Shown: positions 29,458-42,169, numbered from the stretch's first letter. The stretch: 64,000 nt of DNA from an uncultured Chloroflexia bacterium (GCA_963751345.1 CAVVUS010000032.1:1-64000), one strand, 5' to 3'. The notes: generated by a model from the sequence alone, not told the origin. Program-made: numbers and translations.

Positions 29458-32400
29458 TCAGGGCATGACCGTCACCGTGCCCAACACAATCTCATCCGCC
29501 CCCGACGAGGTCGTCAGCCGCACGCCGTCAGCATCGTACAACCCCACCCGCACCTCGTAGGTGCCATCCGCGGCCCCATCGGGGATCGTGACCGCCCGCG
29601 GATCGACGACGACCTCACCGACCGCCCAACCGGTCGTCGGCCGCGTCCAACCCACCGGCTCACCGTCGTCCTGCGCCACCAGCGTGCCATCCGGGCCCAC
29701 CAGATGCAGAAAGACGCGATACGCCACGTCCATCTCCTCCGTCGCCTGCCACGCCAGCGCAACGTCCAGGCGGTCGCCCGGCGCGACTTGCTCGGCGCTC
29801 AACCGGTACCCCGCCAGGCGCACACGCCCGCCCAATACCTCGTCCGTGGCCACGAAGTCGCCCGGCACCGTCCACACCCGCTCCGGCGCCTCGACCTGCA
29901 GCGACCAGCGTCGCAAGCCGGCAGTCACCCAGCATCATCGACAGCGTCGTGTCCCCCGAATCGAGCGACCCAGGCAGCCGCAGCGCCGTCCGGCCTACCC
30001 ACCGGTCGCCCTCCGCCCAGCGGCTCGTCGGCCACCAGCCGACCGGCGCCTGATCCCCCCACCGGTTCAGCGTGACACCATCGGCATCCGCCAGCACAAA
30101 CGTGAGGGTCAGATCCTCGCCCGGCGCCGCCGTAGCCTCCCACGCCGTCGCAACGGTGAGAAGATCGCCCGGCGCGACCTGCCGCGGGCGGACATCCGCC
30201 CCCAGCAGCTTCAGCGCACCGCAGGTCACGCCTTCGGACGTCGCCCCCGCGCCCAACTCGCCCGCCTCCGGGACCACCGAAGGCGGGCGCACCTCGATCT
30301 CGCCGATCGTCAACTCCGGCCCCACAGGATTCCCGTCGGGGCCGATCACCGACGCCGGCACGGCGGTTGCCCGGTCGAACAGAGCCAGCGTCAACGTGAA
30401 ACGCCCGGGCGCCAGACCAGCCGGCAGATCGACGTCGTAGTCCATCCGCGCGTAAGCATCGCTCGCCCACTCCGACAGCGGCGGCGGCGTCCTCGCCCAG
30501 CGGGCGGGCCGCAGCTCGGCGGGCCATCGCGAGCCGTCAGGCGCGATCAGCGTCAGCCCCACGTGCCAATCTGCACTCCCGGGATCCAGCGCACGCCAAT
30601 AGAGCGTGAGTACCGGGCTTGCGTCGGCCTGGACCGCGTCCGGCAGCGGCTCCATCCCCAGCAGCATCGCCCGATTCCCGAAGTCCACGTTCGCAGGCGA
30701 AACGACGCCGCTCAGCGTACCGTCAGGGTCCAGCCGCGTCGCGCGCCACGCCACGCCCAACGGGTCCACCACGCCGACCTTCACGGCGACGACCGCGACG
30801 ACGGCTGCCAGCGCAAACCCGGAGGAGATCCAGGGGAGCGCCGGCCGACTCCGGGCAGACCTTTGGGGTTTTCCTGTCGAGTGGGCGCTGCGCTTGAGAG
30901 GAAAACCCCAAAGGTCTTCTGCGACCGTGACGACCACAAGCAGCGCCCACGCTCAGACACCGACAGCCCATCGCCACCCCACCGGATCGGCGTCTCGCCA
31001 AACCACACCTCGACCGTGTGCTCACCCGCTGGCACCTCAAAGGTCAGCAGCCCCGACCCCGCCTCGGGTGCCACCGCCACCGGTGCACCGTCCACCGTCG
31101 CACGCCAGCCGGGATAGTAGAACGCCAGGTAACGCGCGCGAAACGCCACCGGCGTCTCGATCCCTAGCTCGGCGCTCTGCGCGCCATACCGGGCATCGAC
31201 GATCCGCGCGCCCTCCGGCAGGTCCGCCGGGCTCAGCCGCTCAATAGGCCCCCCTGCAGCATACTGGGCGTCCAGGCTGACGTCCGGGAACTGCTGCACC
31301 CAGATCGGCAGGTACTCGCCCTTGGCCGTCGTCCCGAGCGTGTCGGTCAGCCGCTCCCAGCGAATCATCCCGGCGACCGTCGGATCGGCCCGGCGCGGCG
31401 CAATGGTCGGGGTAGAACCAGCCCAGGTTGGCCAGGATCAGACTGCGAGCGCCACGCACGACCCGCCGTCCCTCCGGCGCGCACCAGCGTGCCGCCCGTC
31501 CTCGCGCCCGCCCATCAGCGCCCCGGCCCCAATCCCTGTCAACAGGGCGATGCAGAAGGCCGCCGGCCCGAGATAGCGCCACGGGAATTGGACAAAGCTC
31601 AGGAGCGGGATGGCGTTCCAGATCGCGCCGGAGGCAGAGAGCGTGAGGAAGGCCGTGCCCAGCGCCGTGACCCACAGCGCGCCCACCTGCCAGCGCGCCG
31701 ATCTCGACAGCCGTCGCCACGCAGCGACGGACAATAGCGCCAGCAGCACGGGCACCAGCCCGAGCGCCTTCTCGGGCCAATCGTTCAGGAGCGCCGGATC
31801 GGCTCGCCGCGGCAGCGCCAGCATGTGACCCACCGAAAGGAAGTTGTAGCGATAGTCGAAGACCCACGTGCCCAGGAGCCGCCCGGTCTGCACGAGCGGT
31901 CGCTCCGCCACGGCGGGCAGCCAGAAGAAGGCCGTGATACCTAGCCCCAGCAAGCCCAGCATCGCGCCCCGCCAGAGGACGGCCCAACTCCGCCGGGCCA
32001 GGGCATTGGCGATCACCCACAGCCCAAAGACGGGTGCGAAGAGGAAGGCAAAGAGGTGGTGGCTGAGCACCATAGCGGCAAACGCCCCGACGCCCAGCAG
32101 GAGGAACCGCCGGTCGCGATCGACCGACCACCGGTGAAGGCCAAGCAGCACCAGCGGCGGAAACGCCCAGGCAAAGGCCTCCCAGAGGCTGCCGCGGTTG
32201 AACACGTCATAGGCCTGGAAGGGCGCGTAGGCATAGGCGACAGCGGCGACCAGCCCCGCTCCCATCGCCCTGCTCCGTCTCCCCGCCTCCGATCGACCGC
32301 GCTGCAACCAGCGTCACCGTCAGCCAGAACATGCCCCCGCACCCGATAACCAACCCCAGGGCGAAGACCACGTTGAGCGCCACCGGCCACGCTGCCCCCA

Positions 32401-32677
32401 GGCGATGGACGAGCGCGACCAACGATGGGGGGAAGGGTGAGGCGAAGACGAAGAGCGGGAAGCCTAGACCCAGCGCCATGTCCGGCGCCCACCGGCTGAA
32501 GAGGATGCCATCGTCCCACAGCCGCGCGATCTGCACCGCCCGGTAGAGGTGAAAGGCGTCGTCGTACCCGCAGGTGAGGTCGCCGCCGGCGAGCGGCTGC
32601 ACCACGGGTACCAATGCAATGGCCAGCGCAACCAGGGTCAGGGCGAGCGCAATCGTCCTCTGCGCTGCGGGTTTCAT
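29458..32677 (-). CDS. GT-C membrane protein (PTPS-related/YfhO-like) with tandem Ig-like C-terminal domains; several frameshifts
   Basis: DAFHLYR..RWAPDMALGLGFPLF, RGSLWE, FFWLPA, QFPWRYL, GEYLP, FYYPGW, repeated YRVFLHL..VAQDDGEP..W..GE domains. Confidence 0.75.
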
Positions 32678-32681
32678 CTGC

Positions 32682-35600
32682 CTACCGGACCGAAATCGTC
32701 GCCACCACGGCGCCATCGTCGCCCTCACCCGTCGCCAGGCGGCTGCCGCCGGGCAGGTAGAGCCCCAGCCGGAGAACGTACGTACCCGGCGCTGTGCCTT
32801 CCGGCACGGTCATCGTGCGCTGCTCCGTGACGACTTCGCCCTCGGCCCATCCCGTCGTCGGTCGCGTCCAGTTTGCCGGCTCGCCGTCGCTCTGGGCCAC
32901 GAGGTTGCCCTCGCTGTCTAGCAGGTGCACGAAGACCCGGTACGACGCATCGACCTCGCCCAGCGCTCGCCACGCCAACTCGACGTCCAACGCGTCGCCG
33001 GAGTCCACCATGGTAGGCGGCCCCACAATCCCCGCGAGCTCGATCGCGTCGCCGAATGTGACCGCCATAGGCGAGAACCGCTCCGGCACGGACCAGGCAC
33101 GGTCTGGCGCCTCCACATCCAGCCACATCTGGGCCAGGTCCTCATCGCACCCCGTGACCCGCATCACCAGCGTATAGGTGCCGCTCGTAAGCCCTCCGGG
33201 GAGGCGGATGATGTGGTGTCCGGCCCAACGATCCCCCTCACGCCAGAGATCCGTGGGCCAACCGTCGGCGACCGGGGGCAACGTCCACGACCGTGCGACG
33301 GTGCCGTATTGGTCCTCGATCGTCACGATCGCAGCCAGGTTCTTCGCCGGCGTTCCCAACGCCTCCCACACCCACGTGATCGCCACGACATCGCCGGGCA
33401 CCCCAACCTGGCGGTCCAGCGACATCGACCACAGGCCCATCTCGCCGCAGTGGGTCAGTGTGGCGCTCGTCGGGACGCCCAGCGCCGCCAGACTCGCCCG
33501 TTGGCTGGGTGGCTTGACCTCGACCGTCCCCACGACGAGATCCGGGCCAAGGGGCTGGCCCTCCCCATCCAGTGCCGAAGCAGGCTGGAGCGTCTTGACG
33601 TCGAAGACGGCGACGACGACGTCGTAGGTGCCGGGCGGCGTGCCGGGTAGCGCCGTCACAAGATGCGGGTCATAGGCATAGTTCCCCGGCTGCCACGCAC
33701 TCGTCGAGATCGGCTGCTCGTAGCCGCGTGGACGCTCGGTCCCTGCCGGGCTCCACGTCCTGCCGTCCGGGTCGCGCAGCAGTACCGTCGTGACATAGTC
33801 CGTGTCCGGCTTCACGTCGGCCGACCAGAGCAAATCCACCGGCAGCTCCCCATCCGCGGCCATCGTCCCGATGTCGAAGGTCATCCCCACAAGCCTAAGT
33901 CCACCCGAGAACGACACATCCATCGCCCGCGAGACCTCGGGCAGCCCGCCATTCGCCAACCGCGACCGCTGCACGGGGGAAGCTACGGTGTCCACCACAG
34001 TGAGACGGACGACGGCCAGCCCCGCGGCGATCGCCAGAAGCACCACGCAGTAAAGCCCCGCTCCCGCCTCTACGATGAGGGCCGGTCGCCGTCTGCTGCG
34101 GCCCCTGCGCCGGCGGCGCGCCCTGCACTGGGCGACGTCGCCTACGCCCCGGCCCCCACAGCGCCCACCCCAGCGTCAGCGCGACGCCCACCAGCGACAG
34201 CGCAGCACCCAGATCACGTATGGGGGTCGAGCCGAAATACACCATAACCAGGTGCTCCCCCGCGGGCACGGCGAATGTGATCAGGCCGGTGTCGTTCTCC
34301 GGCGCCACCGGCACGTCAACCCCGTCGATCTGCGCCCGCCATCCCGGAAAGTAGAGACCCAGCCACCGCGCTCTAAACCCTACCGGCGTGTCGATGGCCA
34401 CGGCAGACGCCAGCGGACGGTACTCCGATCGCACGACCTTCGCCCCCGCGGGGAGCGAGTCCATGTCCATTCGCTCCGGGAGGTAGCCGTCGGCGAAGTC
34501 CGACGCCAGGCCCGTGTCCGACGGATGCGTCTCAACCCAGATGGGGAAATAGCTGCTTTCGGGGTCCATCCCCATCCAGCCATCCTCCTCGCGGGCATAG
34601 AGGTCCGCGAGCGTGGGGTAACGACCTGCCGAGCACATCCCCTTGGGGGGATAGGTGTCGGGCCACGATAGGAGCGTCAGCGCGATCATCACGGACGAAG
34701 TGGCCAGAATGGCCACCCAGGTAGGCACCCGATTCTCACGATCGCGCGCCCGCCCTGTCGGCCCGTCCGACCATAGCGAGGCCGCTTGCCCGGCGAGCAG
34801 GCTGAGCGGAAGCAGCGCCCGACCGACGAGCCGCCAGGGGAACTGCACGAACGAGAGCAAACCCACACGCTCCCAGACCGCCACAGACCCCGGTGTCGCC
34901 ATCCACAGATACGCCCCGGCTGCCGCGACCATCAACAGCGTGATCGACCGTTGCTGGCGGCTCACCCCGCCGCGCAGCCCTACGACCGCCCCGATGACGC
35001 CCAACACCAGTTGGCCGATGCCCACCGAGACGCGCATCGGCGGGTTGAGATAGTCGGGGTCGTGCGCCACGGGCGGCGTGAGGAGCATCTCCTGCCAGGT
35101 GACGAAGTTGTAGTGGAAGTCATTGTTCCGCGTCGCCCGCGAGAGGTCGAGCTGCACCATGCCCCGCTCGGCCAACGCGGGCAGCCAGAACCAGGCCGTG
35201 AGCAATATCGCTGCCCCGACGACCAGAAACGCCGTCATCCAGCCCTTGCGGTCGCGGTAGAGAAACGCCAGCAGGACGACATAGAGGCCCAGGAATGGCG
35301 CCGCCAGCAGCGACGAGATGTTGTGGGTCAGGAAGAGGGCCACCAGCAGAACCAACGTTGCGAACGCCGTCCCGCGACGGCGCCCCAGCACCACGCGCCG
35401 GATCGCCACGAAGAGCCACGGGAGCAGGGCCAGGGCCACCGATTCCGGCAGATTCCCACGTCGCAGCGGATCGAGAAGCACATACGGCCCGAGGCCGTAG
35501 GCGACGCCCGCGATCCACCCCGCATGCTCGCCGAAGAGGTCGCGCGCCAGCACGTAGGCCCCCCAGGCCGCCCCGACCAGGCTTGCAGCGTAGATCAGGC

Positions 35601-35913
35601 CCAGCACCAGCGAGAGCGGCAGCCCGGCCAGGTAACCCGCCTCCCCCACCCAATACGGCAGCGGCTCGCGGTAGTTGAAGAAGGGGTAGCCGTAGCCGAG
35701 TGCCAGATTAGGCACCCATCGAGAGAAGACCCAACCGTGGTCAAGCATGCTGCGCATCGCGACGATGCGATACGCGTGGAACATGTTGTCGTGGGTGCAG
35801 GGAAGCAGGCCGGCCTGCAGGAGGGGTAACAACGCCGGCAGCAGTAACAGCCCCAGGACCACGGGCCCGGTCACCACGCCCAGGACACGTCTCAAGGCTG
35901 TGTTGGGCGGCAA
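32682..35913 (-). CDS. GT-C membrane protein (PTPS-related/YfhO-like), paralog of the downstream gene; frameshift near 34100
   Basis: THDNMFH..RWVPNLALGYGYPFFNY, RGNLPE, WFWLPA, QFPWRL, YFPGW, three Ig-like domains. Confidence 0.8.
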
Positions 35914-35921
35914 GAGGAAGC

Positions 35922-36570
35922 CTACGGATTCCGCCTTGACTCGCGGTAGACGTGAACCATACGCTGCACCACCGTGAACCAGGTGAGGACGGTCAGTCCA
36001 ATGAGCACTTGCACCGGCCACGGCGAGAGCAGGCCTGCGGCCAGCACCACCACGCGCACGGGCCGTGTCAGGAGCCCCACCTTGCACGCGTAGCCCACGC
36101 CTTCGGCTCGCGCCCGCGTGTAGCTCACCATCACCGACGCCTAGCAGCGCAAACGTCGCCATCAGCACGCCGAGGTCAATCCGTTGTCGCAGGAACCAGG
36201 CCAGCAGGCCGAGGAGCACCGCGCCTTCGGAGAGACGGTCCAGCGTCGAATCCAGGAAAGCACCGAACCGGCTCTGCTGTGATGTCTCCCGCGCCAGCGC
36301 GCCGTCCAGCGCGTCCGTCGCAGAGGCCACCAGCATCACAATCCCTCCCACCCCCAGCCGCCCCGTCATAACGATGAAGCCGGCGGCAACATTCAGGATG
36401 AACCCGACGATCGTGATGGTATTGGGGTGAAGCTGCAGCCGCGCGAGGTCTCGGACGATGGGTTTCACAATGCCGACCACCTGCGCCCGCAGCCAGTCGT
36501 CGGTTGTCATGTGCTGCCGGTGTTTGCCGAGGTCCGCTTGGTTCTTGATCACGGCGCTATCGTAGTCCAT
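35922..36570 (-). CDS. CDP-alcohol phosphatidyltransferase; frameshift near 36140 (start 36570 or 36510)
   Basis: HPNTIT, DALDGALAR..SRFGAFLDSTLDR, then SYTRARAEG in the next frame. Confidence 0.88.
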
Positions 36571-36591
36571 TCCACGAAGGAGTCAAACGGA

Positions 36592-36630
36592 GAGCGTTGG
36601 AACGTTCCAACGTGCTAACGTTCCAACGCT
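36592..36630. repeat. Short ACGTT-periodic repeat tract
   Basis: GCGTTGGAACGTTCCAACGTGCTAACGTTCCAACG. A similar tract lies at 56828-56899. Confidence 0.6.
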
Positions 36631-36674
36631 CTTCAGTTGTCCCCACCCACCATCGCACTACAATACACCCCACC

Positions 36675-38511
36675 ATGCCCATTCGACTTCTGCCCGAGAC
36701 CGTCGCATCCCGCATTGCCGCGGGCGAGGTAGTCGAGCGTCCCGCCTCCGTCGTCAAGGAACTCATCGAGAACAGCCTCGACGCCGGAAGCACGCGAATC
36801 GAGATCGAGACCCGCGACGGCGGCGCCACCTTGATCCGCGTCCGGGACAATGGCGTCGGCATCCCCGCTGCCGAGGTGGCGCTCGCCTTCCGCCGGCACG
36901 CCACCAGCAAGCTGGAGACCGCCGCGGACCTCGACCACATCGACACCCTGGGCTTCCGCGGCGAGGCGCTCGCCAGCATAGCGGCGGTGAGCCGGACCAC
37001 GTGCATCACCCGCTGCGTCTCCGAGGCCGTCGGTACCCGCCTGCGTCTCGACGGCGGTGACGTGGTCGCACAGACCTCGGTGGGACGCCCTCCGGGCACC
37101 GAACTCATCATCGAGGACCTCTTCTATAACGTCCCGGCCCGTCGCAAGTTCATGCGCTCCGAACGCACCGAGCGTCGCCACATCGACAGCTTCGTGACAC
37201 GCTATGCCGTCGCCTATCCCGATACAGCTTTCATCGTCACCCACGACGGCCGTGAGATCCTTGCCACGCCCGGCAACGGCGACACCCGCGAGGTGCTGCT
37301 CAGCGTCTACGGCACCGACCTCGGCGCGAGCCTCCTGGAGGTCCCCGCTTCGCTGACCGAGGGCCAGGCCATCCGCGTCGGCGGCTTCGTCGGCCCCACC
37401 ACCGTCCACCGCGCCAACCGCGGTTACCTCACGCTCTTCATCAACGGGCGCTGGATCGAGGACCTGCGCCTCACCTACGCCATCATCCAGGCCTATCACA
37501 CGCTGCTGCCCATCAACCGCTTCCCGGTCGCCTTCGTCATCGTCGAGCTCCCCGCTGAGGACGTGGACGTCAACGTCCACCCGGCCAAGTCCGAGGTCCG
37601 CTTCAGGGACAGCGATGAGGTCTTCCGCGCCATCCAGCGCACGGTCCGCGCCACCGTCGTCAACGAGGCGCCCGCCGCATCGTCGTGGGCACCGGGGGCG
37701 GGGCAGTCCGGCGCTCCGGCCACCCCGGGCGGAGGGGAATCGTTCAGAAGCAGGCTTGCAGCACTCCAGCCGTCTCAGGAGCACATCCGCTTCCCGGAGG
37801 AGGACAGGGGCCGAGGATTCGAGGGTGACGGGCGACGCAGCATCCGCTAATCGTGCCGTGGGACCGGCCGGGACATCGCCCATCGCGCCTGCCGACGTGG
37901 TCCGGCCCGCCGTCGCCGGATCAGGCGCCGAACGGCTCCCGCCGCTGCGCATCGTTGGCCAGTTGGCCACGATGTTCATCATCACCGAAGGGCCCGACGG
38001 CCTCTACCTCATCGACCAGCACGCCGCCCACGAGCGCGTGCTCTACGAGCAGTTGCGCTCCCAGGCCACCCGTGGCCAGGTCCCCCGACAGCCATTGCTG
38101 GAACCACAGATCGTCTCGCTGCCCCCCGACGAGGCGGATCGGCTGGAGGAATTGCTGCCCGCGCTCATCGAGCTGGGGCTCGACGTCGAGGCCTTTGGCC
38201 CCAACACCTTCCTCGTCAGGGCCGTGCCCGTCGCGCTCCGGACCGTCTCACCCGGTGACCTGCTTGCCGACGTCGCCGCCTCCACCGGCACCTCGCCGGT
38301 GCGCCGGGAGCTCGAGGAGCAAATCATCCGCCACATCTGCAAACGCGCCGCGGTGAAAGCCGGCCAGGTGCTCTCCGGCGAGGAGATGGACCGGCTCGTC
38401 AGGGATCTTGAGCGGACGGAGAACCCGCGCACCTGCCCCCACGGACGCCCGACGATCGTCCAGATCTCGACCGAGGCCCTCGCCCGCCAATTCGGCCGCC
38501 CCGGCGCCTGA
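36675..38511 (+). CDS. mutL: DNA mismatch repair protein MutL; frameshift near 37800
   Basis: IAAGEVVERPASVVKELIENSLDAG, GFRGEALASI, DVNVHPAK, DQHAAHER, CPHGRP. Confidence 0.96.
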
Positions 38512-38580
38512 TCCCCAAAGGTCTCGGCCCTAGTGCAAAGTCAGTAGAGCTGTTCGGGAACGGATTTCAACCTCGTTCCA

Positions 38581-38636
38581 GGCGGATCTGTGATCCGCCT
38601 GGTCTCACGTGCAGACGGCGGATCACAGATCCGCCT
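38581..38636. repeat. Inverted pair of GCGGATCTGTGATCCGC elements
   Basis: GGCGGATCTGTGATCCGCC ... GGCGGATCACAGATCCGCC. Confidence 0.8.
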
Positions 38637-38686
38637 GAAACGTATGCCCTGGGAACCTATCACCGAGAAGCTGCTACGCAACTGCC

Positions 38687-38922
38687 CTAGCTCCCCGGCC
38701 CCAGCAGCAGATAGAGCCCGTAGCACACCGCCCCAGCACCACCGGCACCGCCACGATCCCCAGCGCGAAGAGGATCGCCACGAGACTGTAGTGAAAGAAG
38801 TCGACCCGGGTAAAACCCGTCTGCTCGTCCATCACGCGCGGATGGATCCGTGCGCCGCATGCCGGGCAGCGCTCCGTGCCGTCCGCCACCATCGTCCCGC
38901 ACTTCGGACAGAACTCCGGCAT
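38687..38922 (-). CDS. Small zinc-ribbon membrane protein (probable frameshift near 38730)
   Basis: MPEFCPKCG..RCPACG plus C-terminal TM. GGAGG SD. Confidence 0.65.
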
Positions 38923-39010
38923 CCCACCTCCTTCGGGAGAGCCTACTGCTCCCTCCCCTATCCGGTCTGCGAGCGTCTGGAGGGGCGCCCTCACGGTCCA
39001 CCGCTGTTGC

Positions 39011-40021
39011 CTACGCGAAGAGCGCCCCACTCTGGTTTCTCCTCGGCGAGGAAAAACAGAGTGTCCGGCTATGCCCCAGCACCGCCAGCCCCTCCACACG
39101 CCCCGGCGCATTCTTCCCTGCCGCCTCGGTCCCGGCGACGACGTCATGCCCTGCCACGATGTAGGCGTGCGCCAGGTTTGGCGTGTTGTGAGCGAACCCC
39201 ACCCGCCCCTCCCGATCGATGAGGATCACGCCGCCATAGCCGCGGACGCGACCCCAGAGCCGCGCAATGGCCTGGTCGGCGGCCTGCTGCGCCGTCTGTC
39301 CCGCTGACATGAAGTCCACCGCCGTCTTGCTCGTCACGATTCGCATCAGCGACTCACCCGACCCCGTTGCTGCCGCGGCCCCCGCCTCGTCATCCGCGTA
39401 CCCACCGCAGCCCACCAGCGGGGAGTCCCCCACCCGGCCCGGCCACTTATCCGGTGTGCCACCCGTCGAGGTCGCCACCGCGAGGTGCCCGTCGCCGTCC
39501 AGCGCAACCGCACCGACGGTGTCGCCCAGGCGCATCCCGCTTCCCGGCCCCAGACCCGCTGCTGCAGCCGGCGGCGCCCATCCGCCGGTATCGGGCCGCC
39601 CGAGCAGCTCCTCCGGGTCGCACAGCTCCATGCCCAGGTCCACCGCCAGAGCCTCGGCGCCCGGCCCTACGACGAACCGGTGCGCGCAGTGCTCCATCAC
39701 CTGCCGCGCCAACGTGATGGGATGCCGGATTCGCTCGACCGCAGCGACCGCACCGAAGTCGAGCCGGTGCCCGTCCATAATGATGGCGTCGAGCTGCACC
39801 CGCCCCTCTCGGTTCAGATAGCTGCCACGCCCCGCGTCGTAGGCGGGGTTGTCCTCCAAGAGTCTCACCGCCACCTCGACGGCGTCGAGCGCCGATCCGC
39901 CCCTCGCCAGAAGGGCCCATGCCGCCGATGCCGCTTCGCGGCACCCCTCCATGTGAAGCTCTCGCTGCTCCTCGGGGATATACCACGCACCCCCGTGCAC
40001 AATAATGGCCGGTTGTCCCAA
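39011..40021 (-). CDS. Isoaspartyl peptidase/L-asparaginase (Ntn hydrolase)
   Basis: IIVHGGA, DTVGAVA (nucleophile Thr), STGG, GRVGDSP, TGSGE. TTG start after GGAGG. Confidence 0.92.
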   Translation of the reverse strand: MGQPAIIVHGGAWYIPEEQRELHMEGCREAASAAWALLARGGSALDAVEVAVRLLEDNPAYDAGRGSYLNREGRVQLDAIIMDGHRLDFGAVAAVERIRHPITLARQVMEHCAHRFVVGPGAEALAVDLGMELCDPEELLGRPDTGGWAPPAAAAGLGPGSGMRLGDTVGAVALDGDGHLAVATSTGGTPDKWPGRVGDSPLVGCGGYADDEAGAAAATGSGESLMRIVTSKTAVDFMSAGQTAQQAADQAIARLWGRVRGYGGVILIDREGRVGFAHNTPNLAHAYIVAGHDVVAGTEAAGKNAPGRVEGLAVLGHSRTLCFSSPRRNQSGALFA

Positions 40022-40035
40022 GATGACCTCCGAAG

Positions 40036-42169
40036 GTGATGTCGTTGTGTGGCGCCCATTATAACCCATCGGAGTCGACCGCGGCCCGTGCATCTTGCCT
40101 TCTCCTCACCCGATGGCACAATACGCCGCGGGACGGAGCACCCACCGTCGATTCTGCAGAACCACAAAAGGAACCTACCATCAACCGCAGAGCCACAACC
40201 CTGATCGCTGCCCTGATCCTCCTGGTCGCCGCCTTCCTCCGGCTGGGGGCGTTCCAGGAGGCGTTGGTCGGCGCGGATCAGAGCTCGATCCTCGCGTCTG
40301 CCGCCGATATCGCCGCGCTGCGCGATTTTCCCCTCGTGGGTATGAAATCGTCCGTCGGCGTGATGCAGACGGCTGCCGTGGCCTATCTGGCCGCCCTGCC
40401 GCTCCTGCTGGTCCATCGCGTGATCGCGATTCGCTGGTTCTTCTCCGTCATCGACCTGCTCGCCCTCGCCTTCCTCTATCGCGCCGTGGGGCGGACCTTC
40501 GGGCGCCGGGCCGGGCTGATCGCCGCGCTGCTCGTCGCCACGAGCCCGTGGCTGATCGAGTTCAACCGCTGGATCTGGTACCAGACCCTGATCTCGACCT
40601 TCGCCACCATCGCCTTCTCAGCACTCCTCCTGACGCTGCGGAACAGGACGAGCGACCGGCCTGCACTCATCGCCCTTGCGATGTGCGCCGCAACCTTGAT
40701 GGGCTTGGTCCATCTCGCGTCGTTGCCCTGGGCAGCCGTGCTCTGGCTGCTGGCGCTCGCCGTCGTATGGCGACGACGGTGGTGGGGCGCGGCGGCTGCC
40801 GGCGCCCTCGCCAGCCTCACGATCGCGGCCCCCTATGCCAACTTCCTGATCCGCAGCCACTTCACCGACGTGGTCACGATCCTGGCGGATGGCGCTTCGG
40901 AGGGCTCGACCTGGAACTGGTCAACGTACCGTCTGACCCTTGAGCTTCTCACGGGGCGCCAGGTCCTTGAGACACCTCACAACCCGCTGTGGTCCCAGTC
41001 CGTCCTACACGCGGACGCCCTGATGAGCGTGATCCCGGTCCTGCTGATCGCGGCGGTCGTCGTCGCCCTCTGGCAGATCGCGACCGACGCCGGACGCCGC
41101 CGGGCCTATCTCTTCGTCCTCGCCTGGTCGGTGCTCGCGCCAACGCTCTTCCTGAGGAGCGGCGTCCATCTCCAGCACTTCTACCTGCTCTTCGTCTTCC
41201 CCGCGCCCTACGTGCTCATCGCGGCGGCGCTGGGTCGCGGCCTGCGACAGACCTCTGGGGCAAGCCCGAGTCTGCTCGTACCCTTCAGGGCACTCGGGCC
41301 GGAAACCCCAAAGGTCTCAGCTCGCGTGGGCCAGTTCGATCCGGAGGACTCTCTCTCTCGTTGCGCTCGGCGCCGTGCTGTTGCTCTCCGCGTGGTGGAC
41401 GTCGCTCTGGGTCGTGCGCATCGGTTACGAGCAGCAGGGCATGCTGCGCGCGACGACGCGGGCGTGGCTGATGGATGAGACGGTGTCAACCGTCTCGGAT
41501 CTTCTGGCGGCAGACCCCACCCGGCAGGTGATCATCCTGACGCACTTCGGCACCGGCGAGCTCTCCCCCTTCGATTGGGTGCGCAACTTCGTGGGCAGCG
41601 ACCGTGTGCGTGTTGTACCCGGCGAGACCGGGCTGATCGTGCCTGCCGCCGAAACCTGCTACCTCATCGGCGACCGGGCAAGCATCGACGCCCTGGATCC
41701 CGTGGCGATGCGACTCACACCGCGGCCCGATCTCACGATTCCCGCGGAACCGCCATGGCCCTTCTACTGCGTTCCGCCCCGCCCACCCCTGAGCGAACCC
41801 CTGGCAACCTGGCAGAACGGGCTGAGCCTCCTCCAGAGCGACCGGACCGGCGACTTGGTCCCCGGCGGGCACCTTGACCTGGTCTACACGTGGCACTATC
41901 GCGCCCTCCAGAAGCGCGAGTACCACTTCTTCACCCATCTGCTCCTGGATGGCACCCTCGTGGCGCAGATCGACGGCGCCGGCATCCCCACCCGCTACTG
42001 GCGCGACGACGACGTCTTCGTCACGCGCTTCACGCTCGACCTGCCCGCCGATCTGCAGCCGGGCGCCTATCGCCTGGTCGTCGGGGCTTACACCTGGCCC
42101 GACGTCGTCCGCATCCCCCTCGACGATGCCCGCGATGGCTACGACCTCGCCCACTGGGATCTTCCGTAG
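40036..42169 (+). CDS. ArnT/PMT-like GT-C glycosyltransferase (start uncertain); frameshift near 41350
   Basis: GADQS, FPLVG..SS, SPWLIEFNRWIW, many TMs, C-terminal FFTHLL..VAQIDG..W..GAYRLVVGAY. Confidence 0.8.

Noticed and set aside
29561-31117. Long antisense or alternative-frame ORFs (also 44034-45308, 58356-60053, 36633-37985)
   Set aside because: Arg/Pro/Ala-rich shadows of real genes, expected in high-GC DNA, with no recognisable motifs.
33895-36570. 891-aa ORF suggesting a phosphatidyltransferase-GT-C fusion
   Set aside because: The transferase's own C-terminus (SYTRARAEG...stop 35922) is in another frame, so the fusion results from a frameshift near 36140.
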